NCBI GenBank assembly: GCA_047495785.1 | Contig: JBLDXI010000001.1 | Coordinates: 2,542,001-2,606,000 of the forward strand | Reading direction: 5' to 3' | DNA: 64,000 bases | Source: Lepidodermella squamata | Lineage: Eukaryota; Animalia; Gastrotricha | Part shown: one piece after another, positions 11,188-23,576 of the stretch | How the letters are laid out: every line of letters starts with the position of its first letter | Position numbering within the stretch: the first letter of the stretch is position 1 | The notes under the pieces: generated by a model | The model's input: only the letters and a program-made list of their open reading frames with translations | What the model was told of the DNA's origin: nothing | The model's database searches: none | Program-made: the position numbers and the translations under genes

Positions 11188-13605
11188 ATGATGACCAGGC
11201 AAAACTTCATCCTGCTCACGTTGGCTGCTGTGGTGTTAGCCGTCAGCTCCCAAACCAAGCCGTATCGACTGAAAATGCTATTCCTCTCCCCGATACAGGG
11301 AATCGAGCCTAAGCAACTCCGAGCATCCTTTCTAGCAATGCAGCTCGCCGTCGATCGCGTCAACAATCGAAGCGACATTCTGCCAGACTACCACATCGAA
11401 GCCGTTCACCGTGAAGAGTTTGTCGGCCAATTGGCTCCGAAAGAGACCGTCCTCTTCAGCCGAGAGTTCGACGGAACAGGGCTGAATGGTTACGAATCTC
11501 CTGTCGTTGTTGGCCCGGCGTTCTCTGCTGGTTGTCGAGCACTGGGTCGCTTCATCGGCTACGTCGACAAGGTCGCTGTAAGCACGGTCTGCGTTGGCCC
11601 GTTTTTAGCGGATCATTACCTATTCCCCAACCTTTACCTTCGACTACCCACCTACAAAACCACGGCGTTCACTATTCTCAAGTTCATCAGAGATATCGGG
11701 AAATGGAACAGGATTGGGCTATTCGCGTTTATGGGTAACATAAATGACTATGGAACTGCAACATTGCTTCACGACCAGGCTGTTGCAAATGGCTTTGAAA
11801 TCGCGGTTTTCCACGTGTTTTTCGGTAATGCAACTGTTACAAGCGTAACCCCTGAAGACGTGGCTGTTGTTAAGAATTCAGGAGCTAGGGTGATTGTACT
11901 TTCAATCACTAGCAACATTCATCTTGTCCGCTTTCTGTGCTTTGCCTACAAACAAGGAATGCGTGGACCTCGTTACGTTTTCACGGCTCTCCTAACTTCC
12001 ATTACCATCGACAACACATTGGCCCCGGGTTGCTTGCAAGAAGAGTTAATAGCCCAGGTTAGACAGACGTTTTACTTTGGTTATCTTGGGAAGCCGGATA
12101 ACTACAGCAGGGTGACCTCTGTTGGTGACAACGCGGCTGATTATGACGCTTACATTATCAAGGAGATACAAGCAACTCCAGCCACTGCAGATGCGGCTCT
12201 GATCACCTCTTACGTGATTTACGACTCGTTTTTAACGGCATTCGCCGCGCTCCATAACACTGAGCTGCGTCTGAGGTCTGAGTACAACTTGACTCTTCGT
12301 GACTATCACTTCAACCCTAGCCTAATCGCTAAAGTTGCGAATGAATCTGTTCTGTCATCTGAGTTTATCGGAATGAGAATTGGAAGGTCGGCCTACAGTT
12401 CTTCTGGCTCTCCTATGGGGGACATACAAACTGTAACTATATGGACCCCAGAAGGTAGCCGAGACTTGATTCACATCCGTCAGAAGCTTGACAGAAGGCT
12501 CTCAGAATTTGACCTCGACAGCTACGAATTTCGAATTCTCCGACCCGTTTCATGGCCGCTCGGAGCTCCGCCTCGAGATCGACATCTCATCCTTAGAAAT
12601 GAACTGCACGTTTCTACCACCACTCTAGGCGTATGTTGGTTTCTGATTATCGTTACAACAGTGATTCAAGCAGGTTCAATAGTCGCTATTGCGTTGAATA
12701 GGCCGAGAAAGGTTTACTTCAAATTTTCAAAGATTTTCGGCCTGATTGGCTGTTTGATTATGAACGCATCATCAGGGGCTTTTACCATTGATAGGGGGCT
12801 AGATAGCGCCGCTATAGTAACAGCCTGCTTTTTCCTGCTCGGGATAGGAATTTCTATTGTCTTCAGCTTGATAGCCACCCGGTTGATCAGTATAAACTTC
12901 TTTGTTAAAAAAGCGATTCTGTCACACTCGCAGCAGCTTCTACGCAACTCACCGTGGATGTTTAATCAAAATTCAGGCGAATCGCAAATGAGGAATATGT
13001 CAAAAAGTCCGATCGGCATGTATCCGAAACTGGTTCTGTCTTTTCCAAATCAGAGTTGGAAAACGTTTGATAAGCAAACCAGCATAGGAGCGGCATCTAT
13101 TGCTGTATTCAACCTGGGCATCCTTATAGGTTGGGCGGTTACTAATGGAATGTTTTGCGCTTATCGTCTAGCATCTCAGCCAACTTACGATGACAAGTTG
13201 GACGCTATGAAAGAAACTTGGTTCGTCCAATGCGCGATAACACCTGAATTCACAACGATTGGTTGGTCTTTGCTGGGGGTTGTGGCAGGTATCGAATTCA
13301 TCCTTATAGCCATCGGTCTATTAGACGCGTTTCACTTGAGGCAGATAAAAGGAGTACCAGCGAATTGCCATGAGTTTCTCCCCTGCTGTTTGTCAGTTAT
13401 CGCAGGGGGTACTCTGCTGCCAGCTTCGATTTTAATCGCCATAACTGTGCAGTCAGACCCGATTAAGCAGCAAGAAGCTATTGCGTTTGTTATCATCATT
13501 GTCTCGGCAATTTTATCTGTGCTTTGGATTTATCCTGGATTACTGAAGTCGAAAAAGGCACCTGCAGTTGCAGTATCTAATGCCAAACTAGCGCCCAGCT
13601 CCTAA
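11188..13605 (+). CDS. Orphan class C GPCR, GABA-B-like, intronless, copy 2 (805 aa, full length)
   Basis: Single ORF with the same architecture as copy 1, highly similar in sequence. Confidence 0.88.
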   Translation: MMTRQNFILLTLAAVVLAVSSQTKPYRLKMLFLSPIQGIEPKQLRASFLAMQLAVDRVNNRSDILPDYHIEAVHREEFVGQLAPKETVLFSREFDGTGLNGYESPVVVGPAFSAGCRALGRFIGYVDKVAVSTVCVGPFLADHYLFPNLYLRLPTYKTTAFTILKFIRDIGKWNRIGLFAFMGNINDYGTATLLHDQAVANGFEIAVFHVFFGNATVTSVTPEDVAVVKNSGARVIVLSITSNIHLVRFLCFAYKQGMRGPRYVFTALLTSITIDNTLAPGCLQEELIAQVRQTFYFGYLGKPDNYSRVTSVGDNAADYDAYIIKEIQATPATADAALITSYVIYDSFLTAFAALHNTELRLRSEYNLTLRDYHFNPSLIAKVANESVLSSEFIGMRIGRSAYSSSGSPMGDIQTVTIWTPEGSRDLIHIRQKLDRRLSEFDLDSYEFRILRPVSWPLGAPPRDRHLILRNELHVSTTTLGVCWFLIIVTTVIQAGSIVAIALNRPRKVYFKFSKIFGLIGCLIMNASSGAFTIDRGLDSAAIVTACFFLLGIGISIVFSLIATRLISINFFVKKAILSHSQQLLRNSPWMFNQNSGESQMRNMSKSPIGMYPKLVLSFPNQSWKTFDKQTSIGAASIAVFNLGILIGWAVTNGMFCAYRLASQPTYDDKLDAMKETWFVQCAITPEFTTIGWSLLGVVAGIEFILIAIGLLDAFHLRQIKGVPANCHEFLPCCLSVIAGGTLLPASILIAITVQSDPIKQQEAIAFVIIIVSAILSVLWIYPGLLKSKKAPAVAVSNAKLAPSS

Positions 13606-13730
13606 ATAGCCACCTTTGTATGTCTTCATAAAATAAGAACTTATTTTGTAATTTATTTTCCAATAAGCCGAGTTCTGGAACTTATTACCATAGATTTTAA
13701 ATGTTTCATCACGAAAAATAATAACTTGAT

Positions 13731-15005
13731 TCAGTAGTTTAATAAAGACAGCCTATCCATTGGCCAAATATGAGGACACTTGCCATTTTCTTGAATTCGA
13801 TGTAAATGTGATTCAAAAGACCCACGGCGCCTCGAGAAGTCATCAGTTTCAAACTGAAACTCTCGCCGGTTGACGTTAGTTTTCCGGTTAGGAAATACAG
13901 AGCAGTAATGTGGCTTGCTGCTGTCTTCATCCGGAATCGAGAAACAAACTCCATTGCGGAATTCAGACTCAATAGTTCCAAAATGCTGATGACCAAAGTG
14001 AATAGCAACTCTAGGAGCAAGACTGATCATTTCCTGGGGAACTCCTGCCTCAGCCAGGCTCGGAACCTGACCCGGGTCCTTACTCTTCCAGCCGGGTAAG
14101 GACTCGCTGATTGTCCAATGATATTCATCTCGAAAATGGTGCCACATAAACGCACACATCATGTTGAACTCGGACTCGTAGTTTTCCTTCACAATTTCGT
14201 GGAATGCGTTGTCAAAGGTACCACTCGGCATCACTCGTAGTCGAATCTGCTCCCGCATGAATTTCAGATGACTAGTTTTGACAATTATCGGAAAATAAGA
14301 CATGCAGTTGAAAGGCTCTCTATATCCGGTGAATTGAAACGTTCGACCCGGCGTATTACGCCAGTATTTGTAATCGCTAGTCTTTGGCATCCCGTAAATT
14401 GGCCTGACTATCGGTTTACCGCCGACAAAAAGGTCATTTAGTACAACTCTCGTGATGAAAACGGTGTCTGTATCGACGAAGCCAACGAATTCTGATTCTG
14501 TGAAGTTATCGGCCCAAAACTTGATCCATTGAGATTTATGCCATCCCGAGCATGGAAAAGCTCGGAGAGGAAAGACACACCTCGAGCGTATCTGACATTC
14601 TGCAGCCGCTTTCAGAGATTCGTTCGCAAAGGAATACGATCGTTTATCTTCACCATCGGTTGCTATGATTAGACTTAGCCTATCCCTTTGCCAAAATAGG
14701 GCTAAAGATGTTAGCAATAGGCGTTGAATTTCATAGAGACCGGTTGGGTCGGATGATGCTGTCACAAACAGTTCGAGATCAGGCCAAGGAATGGAGCAGT
14801 TCGATGCATTATCGTCAATTTTAATCCCGAATTGAGTTGTTGGAGAATCACTCAATACCCTAGTTGTACCATTAGTCGTCGATGTTCCTGACTCTCGTTC
14901 ATTACTCGATCCGGCTAGCAGCAGATAAATAGTTACCGAAAGAGAAAATGTGAAAATGATGAACGTCAGCAATATTCGCTTGCATCTCAGAGGTCCTCGA
15001 ATCAT
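13731..15005 (-). CDS. Putative GT-A-fold glycosyltransferase, type II membrane (GT1), intronless
   Basis: N-terminal signal anchor, S/T stem, and 'GWHKSQWIKFWADNFTESEFVGFVDTDTVF' with DxD after a hydrophobic strand. Confidence 0.75.
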   Translation of the reverse strand: MIRGPLRCKRILLTFIIFTFSLSVTIYLLLAGSSNERESGTSTTNGTTRVLSDSPTTQFGIKIDDNASNCSIPWPDLELFVTASSDPTGLYEIQRLLLTSLALFWQRDRLSLIIATDGEDKRSYSFANESLKAAAECQIRSRCVFPLRAFPCSGWHKSQWIKFWADNFTESEFVGFVDTDTVFITRVVLNDLFVGGKPIVRPIYGMPKTSDYKYWRNTPGRTFQFTGYREPFNCMSYFPIIVKTSHLKFMREQIRLRVMPSGTFDNAFHEIVKENYESEFNMMCAFMWHHFRDEYHWTISESLPGWKSKDPGQVPSLAEAGVPQEMISLAPRVAIHFGHQHFGTIESEFRNGVCFSIPDEDSSKPHYCSVFPNRKTNVNRREFQFETDDFSRRRGSFESHLHRIQENGKCPHIWPMDRLSLLNY

Positions 15006-15992
15006 TTGTTTTAAAAGCAACTGCTATATTAGCCATAATTTCTCCTCTTTTCCTTGCATGCGATCAATTCAAGTCAATCACACAGGATTACTCGCGTTAA
15101 GACTGTCTTGTTTTTCAGTTGCTCAGAATTGAGTTCGAGATTTGCCCGTTTCAGGTCATGTTTTGTATTTACTGGAATTACTAGGGGATGCAATCAATTA
15201 CTGTAAACAAATATGTCTTTACTCCCCTCTATTTGTGACCAGTCCATATTTTGGGTCACTTGACTCCGCGCTTTCACGCATTGTTTGCCTACCTTTATCC
15301 ATGAATGATATCTACCAGTAGTAAGTAAACAGGGTAATTGGTGCCCCATATTCGTGGGCGTTTTATCGTACGGAGAACTAAAGACCGATAGCATGAATGC
15401 TGTACATAGCTAACATAGAGAAATAAGAAATACTGTAGTATATGTCGCAGTATATCAAAATAGCACAAAAGCTGATGTCGCACCTCTCCTGGCCATCTAG
15501 CTTATACACGCTGTGCCTTGCGTGCCCCCTCTGCACGTTTTATTACGGGCTTGCATATCACATCACGCTCATTACCTATATTTATTTCAAGGTATGAAAA
15601 TACACTGCGACACACACAATATGAGATTTATTTTTATGAGAACAATTTTATTGAACACATTCCTTGCTTTTGTGTTTTAAATTTCTGCTGAAAATCGATA
15701 GGCTAATGTTTGCTATTAAAACGAAACCCCCTATAATGCAAACTTGACTTTCATCTCACCTGTCTAAATATAACGTCTATAAATATGGTAAATGTTAGGA
15801 AGTTATGAATGCGTCAAGATTTATGATTATGAAATTATGAATTGTTTGGGATTGAAAGTACGCATTTTTTGAAAAATCTATCTTGATTTTTTTGCCATGT
15901 TAGACTTCCTCAAGGTTAAGCTCCTGTGCCATTCTTTTCTAATTTTCCGAATGTTTTCTAGGAAGCTAATTTTTGGGAGAAAATCATGCGGC

Positions 15993-17279
15993 ATGAAGTT
16001 GAGGCCGCTGATTTGGATAATACTATCAACCGGCTTCTTCGCCTTGCTGATTCTTAACTTGCGACGATTTTCAACCAAGCCATTTAAAATCCACCACGGC
16101 TATGTAGCTCAGCGGAAATTGAGCTACCTTAACAAACCTATGCTAGGTGATTGTTCTGAAAAATGGCCCGATGTCGATTTGCTTGCGACAGTTCTGCCAG
16201 ACGAAGACGGGAGGTGGGAATGGGAAAACCTCCTCCTTCGATCTCTATCTCTTTTCTGGCCGAAGCAGCACCTGAAACTTCTCGCTGTGACTGACGGAGA
16301 AGGAATACCGGGATCTAAGCTCAATATAACCGAATTCGGCATCGGATTGAATGCGAGTGCAATGTCCATGACCGGAGTGCCCGCTCGAGTTGCCTACCCT
16401 GTCAGAGTCTTTCCATGCCGCGGATGGCACAAGCAGCAATGGGTCAAGTTCTGGTCAGATAACTTCACTACCTCGGAATACGTCGGCTTTCTGGACACTG
16501 ATGCGATTTTCATCTCAAGAGTAGCTCTTCATGACATTTTCTTTGACGGGAAACCAGTTGTGAGGACGATTTTCGGCAAGCCTAAATTAGGAAATCTTTA
16601 TTACTGGAGTCACGTTCCTGGCCGTAGTTATAGATACACTGGTTTTAAAGGTAATCCTTTCTTTCATTTTTGTCTTGATGATCATTTCTGTAATTTAGAG
16701 CCATTCAACTGCATGACTCATTTCCCGATGATCGTTAAAGTTTCGCATTTAAAGCTCATGCGAGACCACATGATCAAACATATTGCCCCTCACATGACCT
16801 TCGACGAAATATTCCGGCGCATTGTCAAAAAGGAACAAGAGTCCGAGTTCAATATAATGTGTACCATGATGTGGAACTTATTTCGAGATGAATATCACTG
16901 GATCGTCAATGAGCCAGAGCCTGGTTGGGTCAGCCATGTGCCAGGTCAAGTCGCCAGTTTAGAGGAAGCTGGCGTGACTTCAACCATGGTCGGACCTTAC
17001 CCTGCTGTAGCTGTGCATTATTTTCATCAGAAGGTGGATGATAGATCAAATGCCTGGCGCAGAGGGGTGTGCAATGCTATGACGGATGGCGAGCGGAGGC
17101 CTCCTTACTGCTCAAAATTCGCAGACCGGAAAGCCGAGGTCTATCCATTAGAGTTTCAATTTGAATTTGATGACTTGTCACAACATCCGGACGCTTTCGA
17201 TGCACACCTGTTGCGACTTCGAGTTAACGACAGGTGTCCCCACGACTGGAATCAGGCGGCGCTAAATTTTCTACTTTGA
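15993..17279 (+). CDS. Putative GT-A-fold glycosyltransferase (GT2), intron 16651-16698
   Basis: Same family motifs (GWHKQQW...VGFLDTD). A 48-nt GT-AG intron sits at the conserved TGFK|EPFNC position. The start could alternatively be 15897. Confidence 0.75.
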   Translation: MKLRPLIWIILSTGFFALLILNLRRFSTKPFKIHHGYVAQRKLSYLNKPMLGDCSEKWPDVDLLATVLPDEDGRWEWENLLLRSLSLFWPKQHLKLLAVTDGEGIPGSKLNITEFGIGLNASAMSMTGVPARVAYPVRVFPCRGWHKQQWVKFWSDNFTTSEYVGFLDTDAIFISRVALHDIFFDGKPVVRTIFGKPKLGNLYYWSHVPGRSYRYTGFKGNPFFHFCLDDHFCNLEPFNCMTHFPMIVKVSHLKLMRDHMIKHIAPHMTFDEIFRRIVKKEQESEFNIMCTMMWNLFRDEYHWIVNEPEPGWVSHVPGQVASLEEAGVTSTMVGPYPAVAVHYFHQKVDDRSNAWRRGVCNAMTDGERRPPYCSKFADRKAEVYPLEFQFEFDDLSQHPDAFDAHLLRLRVNDRCPHDWNQAALNFLL

Positions 17280-17429
17280 AAGTCATTGATTGTGCCTTGT
17301 GGATTGTGCAAGAATAAATGAGCTTTTGCTTAACGATTGAGAATTAACGACGATAGAAAATACTTTTGTGGCATCGTCTGAAATCATTTTATTAAAATAA
17401 TGTAAAAACAGCAGTGGCTTAAGCTATTC

Positions 17430-18924
17430 TCATAACCATGCAGGCCACGATTGAAAATTTCGTATTCCACCAACCACAGGTGATAGCTCTGTGACCTCTA
17501 TCGAAGCTGTTGTATTGGGCTCAGCGGTGGTAGATGGTGGGATAAACCCCTCAAGCATTTTCAGCCTATCTTGCCTCCATTCGTGGGGACATCTATCGTT
17601 GATTTCCAGCCTCTTAAGATGAGCCTCCAGCGCTTCGGGTCGTTTTGAAAGATCTGTTGATTCGAAACGAAATTCACGAGGGTTAACCGTTGTGTTTCGA
17701 TCAGGTAAGTGTTTGCAGTAGTTCGGCCGGGTCTCGTTGTTAGTCATAGAGAAACAGATTCCGAACTGCATTTCAGTTTCCCAACTCTCAGATGTTTTCT
17801 TTGCGTAATGGTAGTGTCCATAATGTATCGTTACCATTGGAACCAAGCGGATGAATTCGTCAGGAACGCCAGCTTCTTTCAGCACCCGAACCTTCCCAGT
17901 GACTGCGCTGACCCAGCCAGGGTCGGATTCACTTATCGCCCAGAAGTAATCATCACGAAATTTGTTCCACATGTAAGTGCACATAATTGAGTACTCAGAC
18001 TCATAATTTCGACGAACGATTCGCTCGAAAACTTGGTCGAAATTAAGGCCAGGATCCTCCGATCTACGAATCATCTCTTCTCGCATAATCTTCAAGTGTG
18101 CAGTTTTTACGATTACAGGAAAATAGGTCATGCAATTGAAAGGCTCTGAAAGCCATCAAAGATTAATATTTGGAATAAATTATAATATAGATGTGATTAC
18201 CTTTATATCCAGTCACCTCGAGTGTCCTACCGGGCGATTTGCTCCAATAAACTGTATCTAATGGATTAGGCTTTCCGAACACGGGTCTCACCACGGGTTT
18301 ACCCTCGACAAAAAGGTCATTCAGGGCGACTCTAGTTATGAAAACTGCATCAGTATCGGTAAAGCCGACATACTCTGCCTGCGTATAGTTGTCCGCCCAA
18401 AATTTCAGCCATTGCGACTTGTGCCAGCCGTTACAAGGGAAAGCTCGAATTGGATACACGATTCGCGGTTCCATTTTCAGAATTTCTCGCGTTGCCTCAC
18501 GAACTTGGGCTGAGAAATTCGCGGCTTTAGGATCGTCGCCATCTGTTACTACGACAAATTTAAGGTGGCTGATCGGCCAGAATAAAGCGAGAGAGTACAA
18601 GAACCAATATTTGTACTCAGTTATCCCGGTTTTATCCGCAGGTGACGGAACAAACAGTTCTAGATCGGGCCATTCCTCCTCGCAAGATCCTTGCACAACT
18701 TTCTTTGATACATTGCGTTTTTCGTCATGCTTTTCCGTGACGTTTCGAATGGATGGTGGAGTTACTGATTTTGTATCGCCCGAATCTTCCAGTAGTGGCG
18801 ATTGTTGTGGAAGGATGACTGGTAGCCAAACTGTGCCTTTGAAAGACGCTTGTTGTAGCACGACTGCGATTATTGAGATTACTGCCAGTAGCACGAATAC
18901 ATAAGGACGTAAGGTTGATGTCAT
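17430..18924 (-). CDS. Putative GT-A-fold glycosyltransferase (GT3), intron 18146-18200
   Basis: ORFs 18163-18924 and 17430-18131 join at the conserved intron; contains VGFTDTD. Confidence 0.75.
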
Positions 18925-19806
18925 TCTGATTGCTCATCATCAGCTGATGATAATTCAGTGCTTTCAAGAATCACACATGATACTATATCAGTTGTTCCTA
19001 TAATGATAAATGGTCATGTAATCATCGATTTTGTAAGGGGATGCGAAATGCTCGGGGTTAAAGATCAATATATTTCGAAAATTTTTATAGGGATAGAATG
19101 GTTAACCATTAGCCATCGCTTTTCGAGCATTGAAAAGACTGGTGTTGCCATAAAATTCACGACTGTTTCTGGACATGCGGAGTGAGCAACACCTTTAGTG
19201 GCCCTGTATAGGAAAGCATCGTTAGCATTTTTAGCGCGTGACTCCAGAGTGCTTATCTTGAAAGGCTAATCAGGCACTGCTTTTGTGATAATGTTCGCAT
19301 GATAAATATTAGCATAAGCAAACAAGCAGAACACTCTTATTTCGCTCATACGTTTTAACTAAGTCGACAGCCTATAAGAAATTTCATTGATGAATGTAGC
19401 TGTTCACTGCTACATCTCACCCGCATTACGCATTATTCAGTTTCACGAAAAACTAGAAAAAGCTGATTAAAAAACTATGGCAAAAGGGTCAGGCAAAAAA
19501 TGGCTGTCTAATATTCTTAACGAATAATTAGGAGTTCAATTAATTTCAAGGTTCAAATATTTTATTATCTTTCTGGAAATATTTACATGGTACAGCCAAC
19601 ACGCCCTTTAGAGCACTCAAGAATCAAGGTTAATTTCAACACTCTCTCCTGTTATTTCCATCGAATTTATTTATTCTGTGAAGCACTTCAGAGTTCAGAG
19701 GGCCTAAATTGGGACTATACGTCCCCACCAGTGCATTCAATGTTAGGTGAGGCTTTCATCACGAATAAATTTGCTCGTCTTCTTCCGCTTCTCGACACCT
19801 TATCGA

Positions 19807-22415
19807 TTATTTTGACTTCAGACGTGGAACAAATAACAGACTTGATTCAAGACAAACGATGATAATAACCAGAAAGCAGCATGCAAGCTGTAATGTACCC
19901 GGGTCCCCACTTGACAGAATCAACCACGTAACAGCACTTCCTGCAATAACAACCGCGCCTATCGCGTAAGAAGCAGTCCGAGTGAGGTGAAGATCGTCAA
20001 TCAAGCGAGACGAAAATCTCCGCAGAGAAATTGCGAGAAATACCGATCGCAGGAAAATCACTCCGTAACAAGCAAAAATCGCACCTAGAAATCCTTTTGA
20101 TTCATCTGAAACAGAGCAAGCCTGTACAAAATGCTGATAAACGACACTGTTATCGCTATCCATTCTCTCGCCCAATCGGTAGTAGCGTTCGGTCGTCATT
20201 GGTATGGCGATAAACCAGGCGATCATAATAACAAGTTGTAGTATCAGCCAAAGAAAGGCAAAACCAGACCGCGGTCGGAAACTTTTGGTAACAGCACTAG
20301 CCCTCGGTTCAATCACGTTCGAAGTCACACTTTTTGCTTCGTTGAACGATTTCATAGTGCTTGCATCTGATTTGGGTCGAGACCGTTTGTTGTAAGCAAC
20401 GGTATTACTTCGAGAACGTAATGTTTCCTCTTTCTTCCACACCAAAAGAGACCTCGCTAATTCCAACTTGATCAATATTGCAAGGGCGACCAAGTTGAAA
20501 CCGATCACAATCAAAATGCTAGCTGTACTGCAATTCAAATAAGCATTTGAGCCGTTGTTGGTGGTGAGAACGAAAATTGAAGATAGCATAGCAAGATTGC
20601 CGCTCAAAAGATAACAGTCAAGAATTTTCATAACCATCGACTGATTTTTGCTGTAGACAAGTTTAGCAAATAAGATATGGACACAAAGTAGCAAACCAGC
20701 TGTAGTCTGTAAACCAGCTTGAAAATCAATGGGAATCAGGACATCTTCGACGAAAAATGTCCTGAGAGAGTCTGCAGGAGGTTGCGAATTTGAAGTTCTC
20801 CAAATTGGACTCTGAAATCCTTTCTTAACAATTAGCGGATTTTCTAATGACGAATCGTAAGAAGCAATCGCTACTGCTTCGATTCTCTCCGATAATGTTA
20901 AAGTCTGATTCAGCAAAGCTCTTATTTGGTAGAACCCTGTAACTCCCGATCTGGCGTTAGTTCGGCCCCCTTCGTGCATGTTGAAGCCTTTGCAAGACAG
21001 TTTTTCCAGGGAATCCCGAAATAGGTTCTGTACCTCATTTCCTCGGCTCTGAAACCATACGCTACCAGCAGTGATGTCCTGAAGAGTCCTGTTGTATGCA
21101 ACTTCTAGTTTTTCCTCCACTTCACTCAGTGCCAATAAAGCTGCAGCTGTCTGGTCGTAGCACATAGCTCGGAAGAAGAACCATCTGTTGCTGAGATGCG
21201 GCCTTTCAACCTTGCTCTTCATCGTTTCCTCGAAATCCCGACGCCTTATCCCAAGAAAGTCTACAGCATCAGTCTTAAGATTGATCGGCGTGCCATACGA
21301 GTAGACCAGAACACTTTGTAAGACGTCAAAAAGCATGTTCTCCGTACACCATGGTGTTCGGAAGTCAGAGTTGGGTAAATAGTAAGAAATGCTGAATATC
21401 AGAACGTAACTAGGTCCGAAAAGTTTGAAGCGATGCAGCCAGCATGCCAGCATAGAGTTGAAGTTTGTGTGGATGATAATGATCCGAGGGTTCATTGCAG
21501 CCAAATCTGAGACTGTTTGTCTGAAGTACTCAACAGGTGGTACAATCTCAGGTGGGATGACAACCTTAGCTATGCCTCCCAGGGTGATATTGAGCTTTGC
21601 CAAACCGCTCTGCAGGACGTTTTCAACCGGGTTCCAGAACGCGAAAGTTTCAGACAAGAGGAAAACTCTGTTCCAACCGTTGCTCTTTAGAAAAGATGGC
21701 AGGGCTTGGAAGATGGTCTCGAATGACGGGATTATGCTGAAAGCTGATCGATAGCGTTGCCGATTTGAGAAGATCTCGATATTTGGGCTTGAGTCCGTGA
21801 GCTTTGAAATCATCTTTGCAAATGGATATAAATGAAGCATTGAATGGCTTACGACAACAAAGTTGTAATGGTTGACTAATGATGCGGTGAAGGTGCTGCC
21901 GAGACATAGCGGTCCGGTTATCATTGGAAGGGTACCATTGTTCTTTGTTGCGTTCTCCATAATTCCAACAGAATGTATCACAGCTGCATCATCACCACAC
22001 TTGAGAAAAGGGAATGAACGCCTATTTATCGATTTAATGATAAATAAATACCTTGTCGTCGTAAATGTCGAATGCTATGTTGAATTTGTCAGTAACCGAC
22101 TTGATCTTTCGCTTCGTTGTTGGGTCTTCACCTTTGTAAGAGTAGAAGGATTCGATAGCTAGCCGGATACCTTCGGTGCACAAGGGCCCGCTTGGCTGGA
22201 CGTAGCCACCTGGAAAATTGCTGGAAAATTCAATTATGAATATGTGTCGTTAACAAACCATAGTTGATTATGGTTGGGACAGTTAGAACCGGCTTTCTGA
22301 AATCAACCTGACTTGGCGTTATCCGGCTAGGCATCTCCGCTGCCATATTCAACTGTTGTCCCTCAATGACAGATGAGGCTATGACCAGTAGGTAAAATAT
22401 TGTCTTTAAGGGCAT
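19807..22415 (-). CDS. Divergent orphan class C GPCR (GABA-B-like), short introns in the 5' part
   Basis: Signal-peptide exon MPLKTIFYLL, exon 'GPLCTEGIRLAIE...FDIYDDK|CG', then ORF 19807-21981 with 'ITGPLC', 'GWNRV', 'FGPSYVLIF', 'WRTSNSQPPAD' and seven TM segments. Confidence 0.8.
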
Positions 22416-23576
22416 CACTCAAAATAAGGTGTGATCTAAATGAGTTTTAGTAAAGAAAAAAGCCTATTTTAATATATAATGATTGATTTTTTATTCTAAA
22501 TCGCTAACTATTTTAGCGAAAATCACTTGGCGAAATGTGAGTAATTCTTTTGTAAACTACTTGCGGAATCGCCGTATCCCGAACCCACAAAAGGACGGTT
22601 TCTTTTATAATATTACCGTTCCACTTTTGAGTCGACGGAGAAAGTATTAAAATAATATATAACCTTTAACCTTTTAGTATTAATAATTTGACTAATTAGT
22701 GCAGCTAATAGCCGACCTAACGTACTAGATAACTTCCGCGCTAAGGAGACGGCAATAATTAAGGAAGTAATCAATAGGTAATAGCCGGGCCACTGTGTTC
22801 TTACTAGACTGACATCTACGGCGATGTTTGACCTCATGAGCTAACCTAGGCGACTGAGCTTTGAGTAAACGATCGCGTTTTTGGTTCGAAATGCGAACAA
22901 AAAAAACAAAAAAATTTCAAATCATCATCTAAGTGAATTGAGACAAGATAACTCAAATCTGATCGTCTGTCCTGGGCGGAAATGTTTTTCACACCAGAAT
23001 TCTACTAAATTCGTGCCACGCTCGAGTCGCACTCAAGTCGTGGTAAGGAAAAAGCGTGACAAATCAGAAATGTGATGCCATAATGGAGTGGCGATGTGGA
23101 CAGTGCAAACAGTGCTAGAAACGGCCACGTTACAACACTATGAGGTGTCCTTAATGAATGTTTCACTTTATTCGGCATATCGATTCCTTTAAAAATATGC
23201 ATAAAAAACAACAATGAGTTCGTCTGGCTGTACCACGTACCAGAAATGTCGGCTTAGTTCGTAATTTGAGACTGAAAAACAACGACGAATCTGAAGAAAT
23301 TGGACCAGTATTTCTCGACAAAATCCCAAGATCTAAATAGTTGATCCCGTGATAAGTTCTTTAGTCCATAGTTGCGTTGTTTGTATGATAATGTTAAAGG
23401 GCTAAATTCAAATAATCTGGCGGTTTCATACCAAATTAAAGTTCAGATGATTCATTGAGTAAAATATGAGAATCTTCGTCTCTTTGCCACCACTTTATTG
23501 CCATTTCAATCACAGTATTTAAACAAAGTATTCGCAACAATCCGAGCAAAATAACTTGATCTTGACCATCATAGAC

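Noticed and set aside
12069-12172. Possible intron explaining the 102-bp difference between the GPCR copies (starts GT)
   Set aside because: The GT..AG span is 104 nt and would shift the frame; the deletion ends do not match splice sites.
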